DNA of 63,957 nucleotides, the filler included, from an uncultured bacterium (GTDB taxonomy: Bacteria > CAYJOG01): the NCBI GenBank assembly GCA_964371695.1. It is 6 parts of 6 records of this genome, joined end to end, with 100 filler letters (N's around TTAATTAATTAA, not from the genome) between each part and the next. Parts side by side here need not be neighbours in the genome. Positions count along the whole stretch, not along the records: positions 55,063 to 63,957 come from CAYJOG010000084.1; 5 more parts are not named here. The stretch is one strand, 5' to 3'. A program made the translations under genes and the position numbers. The notes under the pieces were generated by a model. It was not told the origin of the DNA. It searched no databases and worked only from the letters and a program-made list of their open reading frames with translations. Below are positions 61,593-63,957 of the stretch, one piece after another (the stretch's first letter is position 1; the number at the start of each line of letters is the position of its first letter).

Positions 61593-61622
61593 ATTGTGAG
61601 TGCCGCTGGCGGGGATTGTCAA
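61593..61622 (-). promoter_or_regulatory. Sigma70-like promoter TTGACA-N18-CACAAT placing +1 at the leader ATG
   Basis: Consensus -35 at 61622-61617; -10 at 61598-61593; 6 nt to ATG 61586; no SD. Confidence 0.6.
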
Positions 61623-61624
61623 GT

Positions 61625-61891
61625 TAGAGCATTTTCGGAAATGGTAGAGCAAAAGGGGGGGGGGTCGCCTCACCCCTTTTTTGGGGGGGGGCGGAAGGAT
61701 TTGGCGTCTGGGGCCAAATTTTACGGGTGTGGGGTTGACACAAGAAACAAAAGCCTTATTCGGTTTTTTTGCTTTTGAATAAACCCCTCACCCGGCCTTC
61801 GGCCTCCCTCTCCCCATTAAAGGGGAGAGGGGGGGGGCATGGTCTTTGGCTGCACCAAGAGGAGTACTCCATCAATTCCGAAAATGCTCTA
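61625..61891. mobile_element. MITE with TIR TAGAGCATTTTCGGAA containing a CCCTCTCCC hairpin
   Basis: 16-bp perfect TIR; same right end also at ~33255-33271. Confidence 0.75.
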
Positions 61892-61914
61892 ACAGGGTGT
61901 TTATCAACACCCTG

Positions 61915-63957
61915 CTAACGGGGCATCGGTCGATTTTCCGGCAGGTCTTCGGGATAAACCGCGCCGGTTTCTTTTTTCGTGGTGTTCAGGATTTTTTCCA
62001 GCCAGGTCTCTTTGGGGGCAAACCGCTGGGCGGCGTCTACATAAGCCACACCCCCGGCAAAGTTTTTTTCACTCAGGGCATTCTTGAACTGGTAAACCAT
62101 GCGGTAATTGATGTAGGCCCGGTGACTCTGCGCCGCCATGCGTCGCCATTTTTTCCGCTCAAGCCGGGAGGGGGCGTTTTGGGATAACCATTGGGCCGAT
62201 TCATAGGCCTGGGCGGTGAGAAGGTTTTCCTCGGTAGAGCGCTGGGCCAGTTCCAGGGCTTTCTTTTTCATGCCCAGGGCGGTCAGGGTGTTCAGCCATT
62301 CCGTGTCGGCAAAATCGGCGGTGGTGCGGGCGATTTTTCGGGCGGTGTTGCGGTGGCCCAGGGCAAAGTGCGACAAGACGGTTTCATACTGGTAAATGTC
62401 TTTGTAGGCAGGGAGTTTGCCCAGTTCTTTGAGGGCTTTCAGGCTCTGTCGTGGCCTGCCCGTGATGCGATACCACCGCGACACAAACGCATTGCCTTCG
62501 CCACGGGTCTGGCGCGAGAGCATTTGCATTTCTTTGTCCATGCGCGGTCTCAGGCCGGGGTGGTTGAACTGCGGCAGGTAATAGGAGCCTTCGTTCAGGC
62601 AGGGGCAGAACAGTTCGTAACCCGGCAGGTCTGGGGCTTTGGCCTTGGGCACGGCCACAAAATTGTGGATGTCGAAATACACCACCTTGAAGGGGCCATC
62701 TGCCGGGAAAAAGGAATAATGCATGGCCCGTGGGCTGGTCACCGGCATGACCACCAGTTTCACGCCATATTTTTTGATCAGCCTGCGGAAATGAGCCGGG
62801 TCTTTGGTGACATCAAAATAATCCTGATAAAACTTGTCGCTGAAAGCGAAACGCCCATCCATGAAGGTTTTGAGCCTAGGGTAATAACGAAAGATGAACC
62901 AGCCGCCGTGGCCGTATTCGTTATAGAGCCTGCCGTGGAGTTTGTGCTTGTCTACAAAGGCCATGGCCTGCACGGGGTAGTGTTGTTTTTCGTTGAGCGC
63001 GAGATTCCACGTGGCGGGTTTGACCTGCCAAACCGCCACCGCCGCCAGCACCAGGGCCGCCAGCCGGGGCAACAGGGCCAGACGGCTGGGCAAAAGCGCC
63101 TCGCCCTGAAAAGCAGAAAGCGACAGCAGCGAAATGGGCATGCTCAGCACCGCCAACAGCCACAAAAAACGCACGTGCTGGTGACCCATATAAAGCACCA
63201 CGCCCAGCACGGCGGCGTCTGAAAGCAGGCCCAACACCGATCGCAGGGTGTGCCACCATGCCTCTGTGGCGGGCAGGGTTTGGCTGAACCGCCGCCCGGC
63301 CTGGGCGGTGTTGAGCGCCGAAATGCCCAGCGCCACCACCGAGCACACCAGAAACCCCGCCACGGTGGGAGAGACTTCCAGCAGAGTGGCGGATCTGAAC
63401 TCCATCACAAACTGCAACACCACCGATTTTTTGTGGGCCAGCAGGAAGGTGAAAATTTTAGGCCCCCAGGGATTGATGCACGAAGCCACGATCAGCCCCA
63501 GCACACCGGCGGATCTTTTCAGCAGGTTCGAGAACGGCTCGCCCGACAGGCTCCAGTGGCGGAAAACCCACCAGCCCGACAGCAGGATGCCCACAAAAAA
63601 ATAACCGTGCAGGTTGACCCACAGGATCTGCAACAGCCACAGGGGCAGCCAGTCTTTCGCGGTCAGGGGATTTTTGATGAGCAATCGGGCAGCGAAAAGC
63701 GCCACCAGCAACTGGCTGAAAAGCTCTGGTCGTTCACCAAAGCGGTATCGCAAAAAGGCCACCAGCACCAGCAAAAACACCAGCGCCGCAGCAGGCTCGC
63801 GCAACTTGTTCACCGCCACGCGGAACCAGAGCGCAAACGCCCCCACCACCAGCACCGCCCGCAGCAGATAAATGCCCCAGATGTCCAGGGTGCGGTAGAG
63901 GAGGTAAAAAGTGACCTGCGACAGCCACTCGAATACAAACCAGGGGTGGTTTGGCTC
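61915..63957 (-). CDS. Multi-TM membrane protein (GT-C-like glycosyltransferase candidate), 5' partial
   Basis: W..EWL, ERPELFS, LWVNLHG, INPWG, TFMDGR motifs; frame open to window end. Confidence 0.7.
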   Translation of the reverse strand, partial: EPNHPWFVFEWLSQVTFYLLYRTLDIWGIYLLRAVLVVGAFALWFRVAVNKLREPAAALVFLLVLVAFLRYRFGERPELFSQLLVALFAARLLIKNPLTAKDWLPLWLLQILWVNLHGYFFVGILLSGWWVFRHWSLSGEPFSNLLKRSAGVLGLIVASCINPWGPKIFTFLLAHKKSVVLQFVMEFRSATLLEVSPTVAGFLVCSVVALGISALNTAQAGRRFSQTLPATEAWWHTLRSVLGLLSDAAVLGVVLYMGHQHVRFLWLLAVLSMPISLLSLSAFQGEALLPSRLALLPRLAALVLAAVAVWQVKPATWNLALNEKQHYPVQAMAFVDKHKLHGRLYNEYGHGGWFIFRYYPRLKTFMDGRFAFSDKFYQDYFDVTKDPAHFRRLIKKYGVKLVVMPVTSPRAMHYSFFPADGPFKVVYFDIHNFVAVPKAKAPDLPGYELFCPCLNEGSYYLPQFNHPGLRPRMDKEMQMLSRQTRGEGNAFVSRWYRITGRPRQSLKALKELGKLPAYKDIYQYETVLSHFALGHRNTARKIARTTADFADTEWLNTLTALGMKKKALELAQRSTEENLLTAQAYESAQWLSQNAPSRLERKKWRRMAAQSHRAYINYRMVYQFKNALSEKNFAGGVAYVDAAQRFAPKETWLEKILNTTKKETGAVYPEDLPENRPMPR

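Noticed and set aside
61443-61600. SAM-I riboswitch or T-box upstream of the sulfur transporter
   Set aside because: No ATCxAGAG..GCAACC..GTGC SAM-I core and no T-box GGTGGNACCGCG; a Cys leader peptide fits better

Overview
GC-rich bacterial DNA made of six unrelated ~11-kb contigs joined by artificial N44-TTAATTAATTAA-N44 linkers. The contigs are sorted by decreasing length, so adjacency across linkers is not biological. Contig 1: O-antigen-ligase/TPR gene and tRNA-Ala(CGC), then a lower-GC integrated element (frameshifted Mrr, truncated serine recombinase, DUF2924, primase and helicase-like ORFs joined at an A-AAA-AAG slippery site). Contig 2: MarR-TolC-MFP-RND efflux operon, a PIN toxin-antitoxin pair whose toxin carries an in-frame 183-bp MITE, GST, and a plsB-like gene with gpsA. 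Contig 3: crotonase, Cys-rich secreted protein, a three-gene radical SAM cluster, and cohesin/dockerin and PKD surface proteins. Contig 4: ATP-grasp-like, ankyrin, acnA, aldehyde dehydrogenase, rfbD, partial SbcC-like. Contig 5: PhyH, secretin, vWA, TPR-M1 peptidase, SDR. Contig 6: D-cysteine desulfhydrase-like, K+ channel, MarC, and an SsuABC-like transporter whose ATPase has a TusA-like N-terminal domain and which is preceded by an unannotated, apparently leaderless polycysteine peptide with alternative RNA folds (candidate cysteine-sensing attenuator). Intergenic DNA is dense with nested MITE/REP families showing compensatory base changes, and many genes look leaderless. No CRISPR array or rRNA seen. 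All family assignments are from motif recognition, not database searches.
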